Positions 12,501-25,519 are shown, counted from the whole stretch's first letter. The stretch: 58,258 nt of DNA, filler included, from Nemertoderma westbladi (GCA_032718475.1; 2 parts of 2 records of this genome joined end to end with filler, not necessarily neighbours in it), one strand, 5' to 3'. Program-made: numbers and translations. Notes: generated from the sequence alone by a model not told the origin.

Positions 12501-13456
12501 TATTATTACTTTATCTGATATAATTTAATTATTGTTCATATCATCCATGGTCCAAATTTTAGTTTTACTTATACCCAATTTCTTACCGTCCTGAGTGTAG
12601 CTGAAATGATTTTATTTCTGAAAATTTTTATAAATCCGTTTTTCTTCAAAATTTCCGAAATTCTACATCCTACTGTATGTATACTCATAAATCTACTGTA
12701 TGTATAGTGAACTTTAAACCTACACTGTAAGTGCCTGGTGCCTAGTGGTGGTCTCCCTCTAACGTGTTTTATTTGTTTGTATAAATTGTTGTATTTTTTA
12801 CCATTAAAGAGCGCTAATAATAATAATAATATAATACCGGTACCGGTACTGTAATACTGTAATATAGTCAGACAGTACGTAGTAATTGCAAAATGTCTTG
12901 GTGAATGGTTGGCGCGCATTGACTGATTGAATGTCATGGCTGGCAGGCTGGGGCTGGCGCGCTTTTCGTTTTACCAGAACCCGTCATGCCGAGGTAGAAT
13001 AAAACGTCTGTCCTTATCTGATCTGATCTGATCTGATCTGACAGCATCTGATCCTATAACCAATCAGGAGAAAGAAATGTAATATTTACCTAACTGTCTG
13101 TTAGGTAAATAGCCAATAGCTGAATAGGGGATCACGTTTCACGTTGCCCTGTTAAGTATCAGTATCATCATATGAAGTAGCAGTACAGGCATACCGGTAT
13201 GCATCTAAATGCACAAAGGCATGTTATTATATATTAAAAATGTGATATAGGATGAAGGTTTGTTACGCTATAGGCAGAAAGGGAAGGCAGGAAGGGGTAT
13301 CTCTCTAGGCCTCTGTGTAGGCCTAGTGTGTATATGAAGAAACACTTAACATGCCCCATATTGCCAGCCTGCCAGCTGATACAGTGGTGTTTACAGTATA
13401 CCCAGACGATGAAGGAATATCTGAATATGGGAAGGTCGGATGGGAATGTGGGAATT

Positions 13457-13680
13457 AATAAACGCTGTTGTTACCTTCCAATTGAAGGAAAAGAGCAGGT
13501 TACAGCGGCTGTAATTTCTAACCAAAACAATAAACGACGTTGTTACCTACCAATTGAGGGAAAGGAGCAGGTTACAGAGACAGGGTTTTCTAACCAAAAC
13601 AATAAACGATTTTGTTACCTACCAATTGAGGGAAAGGAGAATGTTACCGCGGCTGACTTTTCTAACCAAAACAATAAACA
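13457..13680. repeat. 72-bp tandem repeat, 3 copies
   Basis: AATAAAC recurs at 13457, 13529, 13601 and 13673; a partial unit is at 8214-8269. Confidence 0.85.
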
Positions 13681-14599
13681 ACCAGCGGGCCCTTCCCACA
13701 TTCCCATCCACCCACCCACCCATGTGGCAATAATAGGTTGATAAATAATTAGCATAAACATAATTAGTTAAGTACTATTATGTACTAGTAAGGTATTCTG
13801 GTATTCTTCACATCCCAGTAAAAAATCCGCATTCGTAATCGTAACTCATGGGATGGCGCATATTTCACGCATTCGTAACGCATTCTGAAATGTTACATAG
13901 ATGAACCATGCGATACGAATGCGAAAACCGAACCAAATACGCATCCTTTATTCGCATATCGAATCTAATACGAACCTTATTCGAATCCCGCACATTCTAC
14001 GAATGCGCCCCTAATCTTATACGAATGTTTCCCGCACACTATACGAATGCGTCCTGCATGTTATATACGAATGTTTCCCACGCTATACGAATGCGTTACG
14101 CGTCAAGAGCACCACTCACTTTCAGACGTAGGCCTAAATCGACATAGATCTGATGATTTTATTATCTAGAATATTAATTTCAAGCTTCTAATTAATTTAA
14201 TTAATCTTATTAATTTTGTATTATTGATGGTTTTATTATTTTTTATGATAGTTTATTATTATATTATTTTATTATTATATTATATTATTTATTTTATTAT
14301 TATATTATATTGTTTTAATTTAATATTATATATATTTTATTATTATTTTTTTATATATTTTATAACTTATTTATTATCGAAAAAAAACGAATTAATATTC
14401 TAGAATATAGTAAAAAAAACATTGAAATTATGTTGATGGTAGCAGTTACCGGTAATTAACTGCTACAGTAGGTATATCAGTAGACTTTTTAATGGCGTTT
14501 TATAGCGAATTAAACAAATTCGACCTGGAGGCCTAAGAAACGGTGTGAAAATATCACCATACACACGTACAATTTAATAAAAATGCCGCATGCTTTATA

Positions 14600-14845
14600 A
14601 TATGTTTTTGGTACGGTACTGTACTGTAGGTCAGGTGAGATAAATAATGACAACATAAAACTACTGTAATAACTGTGGGAAATGTGTACTACTGTACAGG
14701 GGCGAAAACTATGGGTGGGGGGGGGGGGGGAGGGGGGGGGGGGGTGGGGTGCCTACATACTATAAGTATGCCTACATACTGTAGTTCAATAAGTTAATAC
14801 AGTAGTTTTATGTTGTCATTATTTAACTCACCTAGCCTACAGTAC
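14600..14845. mobile_element. Small MITE with ~55-bp inverted arms
   Basis: 14603-14656 matches the reverse complement of 14791-14844. Confidence 0.7.
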
Positions 14846-15019
14846 ATTACACAGTATATCAAGCATGTTGGTAAAGGGAACAGGTTTACATACCAAAATT
14901 AATAATAATTTCTAGCTTATTTTATTTGAATTCCTTTTAGTTCGTTTCAGTTAGTCTTTTAGTTAGTATCGTTGTTTCAGAGGGGGAGGTGTTATATTGA
15001 CCCCCCCCCCCCCCCCCCC

Positions 15020-15236
15020 GGGTTTAAGGGGAATACCGAGGAAACTTCACATGCTGACATAGGCATAAAGTCCAGAACTCATTTAGCTATCATTTAAGGA
15101 TGCAAGGCGGAGATGCCTCGTTAAACCCTTCAAAACATTCGTGCCAAAACGAAAACTACCTTGGCCCCCATGCCGGGATTGAACCCACAACCTCCGCGAG
15201 ATGTGAATTCAATATAACCACTACACCAAGGTGGGC
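15020..15236 (-). mobile_element. tRNA-derived SINE (Pol III head 15162-15236)
   Basis: On the minus strand: A box TGGTGTAGTGG (15218-15228), B box GGTTCAATCCC (15175-15185), residual acceptor stem. Anticodon arm is degenerate. 3' limit approximate. Confidence 0.65.
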
Positions 15237-15817
15237 TCTGAACCAAGGTGGAACAAGTGTCAGATACCGTCAGATCAGATCAGATCAGATCAGATAAGGA
15301 CAGACGTTTTAGCCATCCTACGTCATGCCTGTGTGGCGCGCTTTTCGTTTTACCAGAACCCGTGTGGCGCGCTTTTTGTCAATATTCCATAGGCCTATAG
15401 CAGTTAGGTACAATGGCCAAATCTGGCAACCTCAAAAGTTGCCACACATGGCAATGTTTATTGCCAAATCTGGCAACTTTTGGTTTTTCTAATTTTCGCA
15501 CGCCCAGAAGCAAAATCGCATTTTGGTAAATATGTAAGTGAAAAGAGCGCGAAATTTAAATATAATTGACCATATAAGAAAAAAAATCATCGTCTGAATT
15601 TCTCTTAGCAATAGGCCGAAATGTACCTAAAATAATTATTGCCATTTTTGGCAACCATTAGAATTAAAGAAAAATAATGGTTGCCATTTTTGGCAACAAT
15701 TATTATTGTGCAGCCCTGTCAGTTACTCTGTCATTGTAAATTACTTCAAAATTGCTTACTGCTTGCTTACCCTTGTGCTTGCTCCAGGTTGGAATTTATG
15801 TAGAGTTTGCTCAACAT

Positions 15818-15940
15818 GTGTGGCGCGGATTAAGGATCCTGGCGCGTAGTGACAGGGGCGTGTGGCGCGGATTAAGGATCCTGGCGCGTAGTGACAGGGG
15901 CGTGTGGCGCGCATTGAGGATCCTGGCGGTCCTGGCGCGA
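15818..15940. repeat. 42-bp tandem repeat (TGGCGCG-motif family), ~2.5 copies
   Basis: GTGTGGCGCGGATTAAGGATCCTGGCGCGTAGTGACAGGGGC repeated. Related TGGCGCG...TTACCAGAAC pieces at ~12955, ~15335 and ~16645. Confidence 0.75.
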
Positions 15941-16059
15941 ATATGGATGTAGGGTTAGGTTAGGACAGTAGGAGGTAGCGTAGCAGAGCAGTGCACTGGC
16001 AACACATCCCACTCTACAGCTCTATTTGAAATTATTCTATAGGTTTAAAAAGATTGAAA

Positions 16060-16525
16060 AATGTCCGCTCGCTTCGCTCGCGTTTATACTATAAACCTAC
16101 TCTTAGCACTGTCTGGCTGTGGACAAATGGAAACAGACGGATTGAGCATGACCATTAAAAACATGACTTGTTTCAAAAGTTTTTCAATTGTCAGATTCTT
16201 CAAACCAATAAAACCATGACAGCCTGCATGATTCAGCAGAATTTCCGTGCTCGCTACGCTCGCCAGTCTCGCAATTTAATGACATCTGCATTTCTGCATT
16301 TGAAAACAGTCGCTTTGCCTACTTTAAATGCTGAAATGTTAAAATTTTCGTGCTCGCTACGCTCGCATCTTGATCACATCTGCATTTAAAAACAGTCAGT
16401 TGACGTTTACCTACTACTACTACTACTACAACTATACAGCACTATCTGACTATTACTGTCAGACTGTATTTATGTTAACATAATCAGATATAATTGGAAA
16501 ATTTCCTTGCTCGCTACACTCGCAT
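16060..16525. repeat. Dispersed GCTCGCT(A/T)CGCTCG motif cluster
   Basis: Four occurrences at ~16066, 16249, 16352 and 16509, mostly after an AATTT-like segment. Confidence 0.55.
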
Positions 16526-18639
16526 TTTAATGTTAAAATACTGTAGGGCTACAGCATTATAAACTGATAAATTATTACAATTAAGCAATTACTGCAAAAT
16601 TTCATAGTCAATTGTTGGCTTGGCGCGCATTTGATATCATGGGTGGCGCGATTTTCGTTTAACCAGAACGCGTGTGGCGCGCTTTTTGTCAGTATTCCAT
16701 ATAGGTGCTTGCTTACCCTTGTAGAGTTGTGATGATTTATAAACATTAGTCGATGAAATGTCAGAATGTATATTATATGTTGTTAATACACAAATACAGT
16801 AATATGTTAATGGACAGATGGATGAGTCTGTAACAGATACCGTACCTGCGTACTGGACTGGCAGATGGCAGACTGGTATATCCAGATATCAGTATATATG
16901 GCTGTATGGTATAGGCATAAACAAAGCTAAAGAATCACATGCTTCAAAGGTTGAAAGGGAACTAAACGTAATAATATTTGACAATATGAACATCACCACA
17001 TGCAGCAAGCAGGCAAGGGTGCATTAAAGTTTGAGAAACGGCATGACATATGAAAAATATAATTTGTGTCAAAATTTAGAAAGACTGAAAAACCAAAACG
17101 CGTGTTAAGGGATTCAACCAAATTGTTTCTAGTAGGCTGGTAGGCCCTAATTAAAAACGTATGTAGGAATTGAAAGATAGATATACTGCTGTACTGAACT
17201 GATAGGCCTATAGATAGAGTGAAGGATGATCTAGATTGCAGGGCAATTCAGCAATTGTATCATCTGTATCAGCATTACACAGTTACAATCTTTAACTAAT
17301 TATTGGACAAACAACAATCAACCACCTCCTGACCACCCCAAGCAGCGCCAGAGATTACTAGCAAAAATAAATTCTGAAATTATCACCAGTCAGTCAGTCA
17401 AGTCAGTCTGTGTTTGTGTTATTGACTCTCATCATCACCTCATTTGTCTGTTTGTTAGGATACTGCTGTACTGGGATATATTGCCGTATTGGTTAGAACT
17501 TAGAATATGCCACTACCGGTAGAAGTCTGGAAGTATAACCTGGCCCTACCTGCCTACCTGCCTACCCCTTAGTCCTAACATTTCAGGATCTAAGGAATGA
17601 ATGACCATATAAGGACTTAATGACGCAGAACCATATAAGCCATATTCATTGAGTTAGTAGTTAAGTTGCCAAATATGGCAACAACAGCTTTATATAGTTG
17701 CCAAATCAGGCAATCAGAAATGTTGCCAGATTTTGCTTGGTTGCCAAATATGGCAATCACAATCATTGCCAGATTTGGCCATTGTACCTAACTGTATAGG
17801 ACCAGACCAGCCGAGAGCCGACCGGCCCGACCCCGTCTGCCCGTACACACACCGCACCAGTCCATCCCCGGTCTGACAGTACAGCACTGCAGCAGTAGGC
17901 TACTGCAGAAATGCAGTACATCCTGACATCAGTATGCAGTACCTCATACCTGTACCGGTACCCTGGTACCGCTGTACAGCTGTACCGCCAAACCAGACTA
18001 CTGGACTGGCAACTGGAGGTATTCCTAATCTGTATGGAATCCATACTGCAGTACTGCTGCAGTATTGCCATATAATACAGTAATAGTGATGTAATGATTG
18101 CTAATGTTTATTTATACAGTAGTATATTTATAATACTGATATTATATTTATTGTATTATATGTTTATTATATTTATTGTTTTCCCTTGCCCGGCGCCGGG
18201 CAAGGGATAAATCTATCATACGCGTTGACATACGCTTAGCTACGCGAAGTTCGACACATTGTGTCATTATACAGTATCACTGTAGTTTCACAGTTTTAAC
18301 TTTTTTGAAATTGCTTAGTACTTATGTAATGACAAACATCATCATCGTCATGCAAAGATATAAAAAGGCACATAAAATTATATTAAAAAAAGACACAAAA
18401 TTATTAAAAAAACCTCACCAACCACCAGGCTACTGTACAAATTTGATTATCACTTATTGAGAACTTATACAAATATTAGTGCGCGCGGGAATTTCGAAAT
18501 TAGCTCCTATCAGCATTTGCCAAGCGGATGGAGACTTGAGCGATGTCATGTTGGCCTGCTTTAACAGTTTTAACATTAATTACGCGTAGCTAGGCCTAGC
18601 TACGCGTAGGTGGGATGATATAGTGAGTATTCAATATGG

Positions 18640-20178
18640 ACCTGAAGATAACCTGAAATATCTTATGTACATTCTCACGTCAATTCAGGATGATTGTATT
18701 CCGAAACAAAAACCAAAATTCAACAAACTCGACACAAATTCGAAGCGTCTGCAACGTTATCTTCATCGAATAAGTCTAAGATAAAGAATGCCACAGATCC
18801 AAACAGATTAACCATACTGACTGAGGGATAAATTGGAGTCTGTTAACAAACTACTGACAGTTTCATCGCAAATAAACTTATGTTCGAAAATAACGTGCTC
18901 CGCAGACATAAAAACAGAAATAAGTTTTGGTCCTACCCCAAAAGTAATATGGTGTGTAGATCCAATATTCCCACAATGAAAGATAATAATGGGAAGTTAA
19001 TGACCAAAGACGATGATAAATAAAATTTGTTTAATAACATTTTCGCTGCTAACTTTACAACTGATGATGGAAACAAACCACATCTGGCTCCCAAGTACCT
19101 TGCTGGTTTCAACCTGACAGAGATTAATTTAAGCTATGATGATGTTCTAAATGTATTTAAACTACTGAACACCAGTGGGCCAGACAACATTGATGCAAGA
19201 TTGATCAATAGGCACAAGTATTTTTGGCTGTTCCTAAGTCATATATTTCAACAACCTTCGACACCGGAATTGTACCCTCTATTAGGCGTGAAGCACAAGT
19301 AGCAGGCCTAATACTTCTATACAAAAACTCGGGATCTCGTTCAAATGGTCGTAACTACCGTGCTATATCTTTAACTTCCCCCATAGTAAATTTAATGGAG
19401 TCCATTATACGGAATAAAATGATGGATTACTTATTATCTTTTGCTGCTATCACAAAAAACAAACACGGATTTATTTGCAACAAATCAACCTTCTCACAGC
19501 TTTTGGAATGTTCCACAGTTTGGGTTCGAATTCTAAATTTAAGTCAACCAATCGACATTGTATAATACCGACTTCAACCGGGCGTTTGACAGAGTTTCAC
19601 ATCAGAAGCTGCTCCTGCAGTTACAATGCTACGGTATTGGCGGTGCTCTTTTGACTTGGATTATGAATTTCTTATCGGATAGATCACAGCGTGTCAGTAT
19701 TAATGCATTAATGGTAATCATCAATACCGATGACCAGTGGAGTGCCTCAGGGCAGTGTTCTTGCTCCACTCCTTTTGTTATTTTCATTATTGACATCTGC
19801 GATTGTATTTCAACTCATACTGGAATCAAACTTTATGGTGACGATAATAAACTATATAGAGCTGGGCCTAAATAATTTGAAAAGGAACATAATAGACGTT
19901 CGTCGCATTAAGTTGGATTTAAAAGAAATGTACAAAATAGTTACCCTTAACAACAATGCAGGCAATTTTTTCACTCTTTCAAATTTATGTTCCATCAGAG
20001 GTCACTCACTCCAAGAAACTGGTGTTACCGCGTTCTAACTCTAACATTTTGCAGAGCCACATCACAGTTTGTCGGATCTCACTGTGAAACTGCCTTGATG
20101 AGAGCACGGTGACTTCTAGATCACTTTCTTTATTCCGCAAGTTTATCAATAATATTAACTTAGTTCCGCATTGTAAAG
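18640..20178 (+). pseudogene. Decayed 5'-truncated CR1-group ORF2
   Basis: Frameshifted pieces: SGPDNI, NYRAISLTS, KHGF, DFNRAFDRVSH, SGVPQGSVLAP, LYGDD, IRGHS. Confidence 0.88.
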
Positions 20179-20719
20179 GGAATTGGAGGGATTCAATGTA
20201 CGATGTCAATCTATGGCCAGGCCACCTCGTTGATTAACTAGTGACATGCAACATGGAATTGGAGGGATTCAATGTACGATGTCAATCTATGGCCAGGCCA
20301 CCTCGTTGATTAACTAGTGACATGCAACATGGAATTGGAGGGATTCAATGTACGATGTCAATCTATGGCCAGGCCACCTCATTGATTAACTAGTGACATG
20401 CAACATGGAATTGGAGGGATTCAATGTACGATGTCAATCTATGGCCAGGCCACCTCGTTGATTAACTAGTGACATGCAACATGGAATTGGAGGGATTCAA
20501 TGTACGATGTCAATCTATGGCCAGGCCACCTCGTTGATTAACTAGTGACATGCAACATGGAATTGGAGGGATTCAATGTACGATGTCAATCTATGGCCAG
20601 GCCACCTCGTTGATTAACTAGTGACATGCAACATGGAATTGGAGGGATTCAATGTACGATGTCAATCTATGGCCAGGCCACCTCGTTGATTAACTAGTGA
20701 CATGCAACATGGAATTGGA
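20179..20719. repeat. 76-bp tandem array, 7 full copies + 9 nt
   Basis: Units start at 20179, 20255, 20331, 20407, 20483, 20559, 20635 and 20711; only one substitution seen (20381). Confidence 0.97.
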
Positions 20720-21277
20720 CACCGATTTGACAACTACTAATAAACTGCAATACTTGTACATCGCTTATCCGATTAAATATTTTTTAAGTTTTTATTTTTC
20801 TATTCTATTTCTCTATTTTTCTGTCAGCTGAATGATTTTTTAGTTATTGTGTACTGCTGACTGTAGAGTTGATAGCTCTATAATAGTTGGAATGTAGCTC
20901 TAATAATTAATTAAAATCATTGAAGAGGGGGGGGAGTTGAATTATGTTTTGGCAACATTAATACTTTGAGTGGAGTTGGGTTCAGATATAATTTTGCTTT
21001 AGATTCCCTTTAATGGCAACAGGATAAATAATTTGAAAAGGAATGTAAAAGACAATTTACAAATTAATTTATTATAAAAACGTTTAATTTCACAATTTTT
21101 AGAAGTTATCGAAAATGTTTATTAAAGAATGAATTGAACCATCCGCCTGCAGCGATTCGCAGTATTTTTCGTAATTAAATAGTCCGACGAACTACGTCGT
21201 AGCATATTGTTAGCTTTTCCCACTTCAGTTTTTACTGGCGATATATTATTTACATATTATAAGATACAAATGAGAAT

Positions 21278-21736
21278 TCATTGCGCTTTAAGAAAGGACG
21301 CCGATCTACTCCCTGATTGGCTGTTTCCCACCGCATTGGTCGCTAATTGGCCATCCCTTTCCTCAGCTTCCTCCAATCCGCGCCAGCGACTCGCTTCTAA
21401 TTCCTCCTTCTGTTGGATGAGTTCCTGGGTTCGCGCTCTCTGATTGGTCGAGGGTTTAGCTATCAATCTATTGGCCGCTGTAACTCTCATCCGTTCCGCT
21501 TTACGTTCCACCAACCGGTTTTGTAGTTCAGAGACTCGAGGGTCCGCAGTGGTTGTCTGTTTGAATTTCCCGCCGGTTTTCCTTTCGTACTGCCTCTCGG
21601 AAGCGATTCTGTTGGACTCCGCACGATGGCGCGAAATTATCTCCAGCGTGTCTATAATGTATTCATCCTTTTTTACTTTTTCAGCTAAAATTTCGTCCCT
21701 TTTCTTAGCTTCGTCTTCTTGTTGTTCAATATGAAG
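21278..21736 (-). CDS. CFAP99: CFAP99-like, terminal coding exon
   Basis: Acceptor TTTTTAG; phase 0, LHIEQQEDEAKKRDEILAEK...TGA; AATAAA on the minus strand at ~21118. Confidence 0.85.
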   Translation of the reverse strand, partial: LHIEQQEDEAKKRDEILAEKVKKDEYIIDTLEIISRHRAESNRIASERQYERKTGGKFKQTTTADPRVSELQNRLVERKAERMRVTAANRLIAKPSTNQRARTQELIQQKEELEASRWRGLEEAEERDGQLATNAVGNSQSGSRSASFLKAQ

Positions 21737-21888
21737 CTAAAAATAGAAAAAGCGACTATAATTAACGATTATAAATGACAAAATATCTAAATTTCGCTAT
21801 TTAATTTAATTTAAAATTATAACATAGTAAATACGCGTTACCACGAACTCACAAGTGGTTCGACTGTGATCCTAGAATATATACTTAC

Positions 21889-22137
21889 CAGTTTCAGCCG
21901 TTCTCTCAGCTCTGCTATAGACATCTCGCTTAGCAACCCATGACCAGCAGTCTCTGTAAGGTCTACCTTCTTCTCTCTGCGGATCTTCAATGAGGATTCC
22001 ATCGCTTTTATCTCGGTTATCAGTTGCGATCGCACCCTCATCCTCTCCTCTTCCTCCTCCAAGGCGACACGGAGGAGTTCCTTTGTCTCATCCATAACAC
22101 TCTCTACGATCTTCCGTTTGCGTTCTATCAGCTTCAC
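21889..22137 (-). CDS. CFAP99: CFAP99-like internal exon (249 nt)
   Basis: TTGCAG acceptor, GTAAGT donor; KVDLTETAGHGLLSEMSIAELRERL matches my recollection of CFAP99. Confidence 0.9.
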
Positions 22138-22328
22138 CTGCAACGTAACAGTAAAATATATCGTTAGACTCACCCCCCTATCCTCCACAATGTCAGTCAC
22201 ACATGATACAGTTTTATTATGGATTTATTTTGATGAGAATTACGATCCTGGTTTTAAGATGTTTTGTCCTGTCTGAAAGTAGTATGAGTGCCAATAAAGT
22301 TATAATATAGTGATTATTTCCTGCCTAC

Positions 22329-22661
22329 CTTAGCTTCTTTCGCATTTTTGTGTCCCATGGCGATCTCTTCAACAAGCGCCTTTATTTCCTTATCTTTCTC
22401 CAGTTGTTCCTTGGCGTATTCTTCCATTAACGTTGCCTGCTCCTCCTTCCACTCTACAACTCGCCTCCGGTTCTCCTCCGCACAGGCCTGACGGGCCAGT
22501 ATCGCCTCCTCCAACGAGAGGAGCCCCTGTATCCGTCGCCTCTCAATATCGGCCTCAGCTTCGGCCGTATCCCGCCGTAACATCTCAGTCTGCCATTTCT
22601 CGAAGGCCGATTCGTCCCGCCAACCCACCTCCAACATCTCCAAACGTTTCAAAGTCTCCTC
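22329..22661 (-). CDS. CFAP99: CFAP99-like internal exon (333 nt)
   Basis: AAG acceptor after a pyrimidine tract, GTAGGC donor; RDESAFEKWQ..ERRRIQGLLSLEEAILARQ; phase 0/0. Confidence 0.88.
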
Positions 22662-23180
22662 CTTAGCAATGAAAAATAAAAGGCAGAGATTCTTATGTGT
22701 AAAAAATACAAGATTAATAACTAATAATTGTTAAATTAATAAATTAAATATTTATTCAACACCAGATAAAATTAGGCCCTACATTAGAATTACAATAAAA
22801 AATGAATGTGCAATTTAAAGGCGGACAGATTCGATTCAATTTTCATGACTTGCTCTCACGCGCAAACCATTGTTCTTATTCCACAAAGGAGTTCTAGGGA
22901 TTGGAGTTATAGACAATAATGATACATTGAGTGTGACATTCATTGAGAGGGACATTCATTGAGTGGGACATTTTCTCACAACAAACTGGTCTACCTGGAT
23001 TTTTGAAAGATACTCTCTGCCTGACCTTCTAAATATATTCAATGTGGGTCATGTGTGAGCTTACGTACCCAAAGGCACATTATTCTGAACCCCCACATGC
23101 GCACGTGTTAGGACAATTTTTCGTTCGTTAAAAATCATGTATCTTACTGTATGAACTTGATATTAAGATTGATAACAAAC

Positions 23181-23382
23181 CTCTTTCTTGCGGAAATGTT
23201 GTCCTTCGCGCAGAATGGCCGCCGCGTTGAGACGTATAGGTATTGTGTTATTGAGACTGGGAGGCAGAGGTCTGGCTTTGCTACGATCGAAGTCTAATTT
23301 GGCCTCCTCAGCCGCCACAATTTCCTGCAAGCGGCTTCTCGTCTTCTCCGACCGAACTACGTTTGCGCATTTAAACTGGACG
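23181..23382 (-). CDS. CFAP99: CFAP99-like internal exon (202 nt); upstream exons not found before the contig end
   Basis: TTTCAG acceptor, GTTTGT donor; IPIRLNAAAILRE motif; splices in frame to the next exon. Confidence 0.85.
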
Positions 23383-24899
23383 CTGAAACAAAAATAACAC
23401 CAAATAAACAACTACATTATTATTCATGGCAAATCCTCACAACAAATTATTAGAATTTACAATCGAAATGCACAGCCACCGTATTAACGATATTTGTAAC
23501 TCGGAAATTCTGAATATTCCGCCTTTTTTTAATTTTAAGTAGAGGTAGGCCCATTCTATCCGCTTCCGCATTTTCACAATGTTCTTAATTAATTATTGTT
23601 TTTTTTTATTTAATCATGTGGACGTTTATCATTATATTTATACAATGTTATATATATATTTACAATTTAAAGAAATTCATGATCATTACGACACAGGATA
23701 TAAAAAAATTAAATGTATTGCGCAATGTGTACTCTGTATGTGTAACTCAACTCAACTATTACTATTAACTCGAGTTCGGACAGCGGAAATATTTACTTCT
23801 ACAGCAGTGCCCACAGAATCGTAGTCTGCGTTCACGTTGAACGTTCATGTTGATCCAGGTGGTGTGGTATTGTACCATAAAGCTGAGCATTTGTCATGTG
23901 TTGTCTGTCTCTAACTGATGTTTAATTATAGTCTAGTGTAACAAACATCAATTCGTCGTTCAATTGATTTCGTCATTGTCCTTACTAAAGTACCTACTTG
24001 ATTTCAGATCTCATATATTATATTTTCCTCTTCCCCCAGCAAGCATAGATTTACAGAATAACAATCGAATTGTAGTAAATATAAGTGTAACAATGTAGCT
24101 TAATTTGAACCCTGTATCTCGAATTTCAACTCCATCGCAATGACCTAGTGGACTATCCCGAAACATAGTCTCTAGAAATCAACAAGACGTTCGTGGCGCC
24201 TTCGCGCAGCACGAGGCTCAGTGAGTTACAGATTAAAATTGAGGAATTCTATCACAAAATCGGTATTTAAGAAATTTAACCAAACCGTCAATAAATCAAA
24301 GAAGAGGGAGAAAGTTCCCAACCCTCCTCTTAATCTGCACCACCCCAACCCAAAGGCGCACAGGGGTTTGATGAAAGGCAGTTATTAACAGGAAGTTTTA
24401 CAAGTAATATATAAAAATATATTTAAGGCGTGGAGGCGACCCAATTTGTAAGAAATATTAAAACTTACCTTATGCCGATAGTGTTGATACTGAAATATTA
24501 ATTTATCATGTCAGCACCTCAACGAGATTATTTAGCTAATTGTTCCAAAGAATCAAGATTAAATACTCAGCCAATCATTTTGCGAGATAAACAATAAGCA
24601 AGATAGCTTATTATTCTGGCACCTTACACTACTGCCTATGTCCTATATATGTAATTGCCCATTGCTCAAGTAGTGGTGAGGTGGTTGGACTGGTTCCCAG
24701 CTAGGCTAGGCAATAGCAAGTATGCCAAGGAATGAGGGAGCTGGAAGTATAGAATGACTTGTGCATATTGATAATTTAATTACGTTTTGATCAATTAAAA
24801 CACATTTCTTAAAGCAAATCACTTCAACTAATTAAAAACTATAATGGAATGGGGTATGGTGAATACAGCTGTATAATTTTTAAGTATAATTATTTAAAT

Positions 24900-25207
24900 C
24901 TTATACTAGAAAATAACTAATTACCATAAAAAGGCCGGTTGAAAATGCTGTTATTTATCGTAATCAACTTAACTAACTAATTATCGGCTTTTATCTCAGC
25001 TTCTCGAAGGCCACACGCAAATTCTATTTGGGAAATTTATAAACTTTTGCCAAACAACTTGTGTACCAGGTATGGTTAGATTTTATCGAGATTTTAACGT
25101 TTAAAAACACGGATCTACAGAACCACAAATCTACAGATCGACAGACACACCGATTGAGATAGTGGTACCCGCATGCTAAGCTCGCTTACTTTCGAGGCTC
25201 GCCCCAC
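24900..25207 (-). mobile_element. Second copy of the HINE-like repeat seen at 1105
   Basis: Minus strand begins GTGGGGCGAGCCTCGAAAGTAAG; left limit uncertain. Confidence 0.4.
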
Positions 25208-25519
25208 ATCACTTTAACAGGCCAAATAGAATAAACTGCACGAAAAACATTTCATTTCTTCGTTACCATCTTTGCATTGTATTAACATTTACCCGCGTGC
25301 ACCTACTTTACCTGTCTGGACTACCGTTACACCTACTTTGCCTTACCACCTCACATCTACTTTACCGTACCACCAAATTAAAGTATTTACCACCGTTACA
25401 TAATGTTTATGCATAGCATAATTATGTCGATCTCTTTGTTTAATTAATTATTTATTTCCAAATTTTGCGTTGTATTAATCACTTATCTCTCCTATACCTT
25501 AACCTTTTTTTCCTATTGC

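Larger units (their letters stand above)
8530..12836 (+). mobile_element. Full-length, apparently intact CR1/L2-group LINE
   Basis: ORF1 and ORF2 have no disruptions; ~310-nt 3' UTR ends in a (TAA)n tail at ~12815-12836. The 5' boundary is approximate. Confidence 0.93.
13000..15311. repeat. Perfect 43-bp inverted repeat pair containing (ATCTG)n, 2.3 kb apart
   Basis: 13000-13042 is the exact reverse complement of 15269-15311. Either the TIRs of one element or two opposed copies of a small repeat. Confidence 0.75.
15401..17794. mobile_element. Non-autonomous DNA transposon with perfect 29-bp TIRs (Tc1/mariner/pogo-like ends)
   Basis: CAGTTAGGTACAATGGCCAAATCTGGCAA at 15401-15429 and its reverse complement at 17766-17794. 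Subterminal TTGCCA...TGGCAA repeats at both ends; TA on the right flank only. Confidence 0.75.

Noticed and set aside
13328-13741. 137-aa ORF with internal repeats
   Set aside because: Open only because the 72-bp unit is a multiple of three; GTG start and no domain.
15162-15236. Functional tRNA gene
   Set aside because: Anticodon and T stems do not pair properly; better read as a SINE head.
15950-15965. Telomeric TTAGG repeats
   Set aside because: Only ~3 imperfect units at the end of a dispersed repeat.
18183-18206. Perfect 24-bp GC palindrome as a terminator
   Set aside because: Eukaryotic context and no U-tract; more likely the end structure of a small non-autonomous repeat.
20179-20719. 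CRISPR array or tRNA tandem array
   Set aside because: Units are contiguous and identical with no spacers, no cas genes are present, and there are no A/B boxes or cloverleaf despite the 76-nt length.
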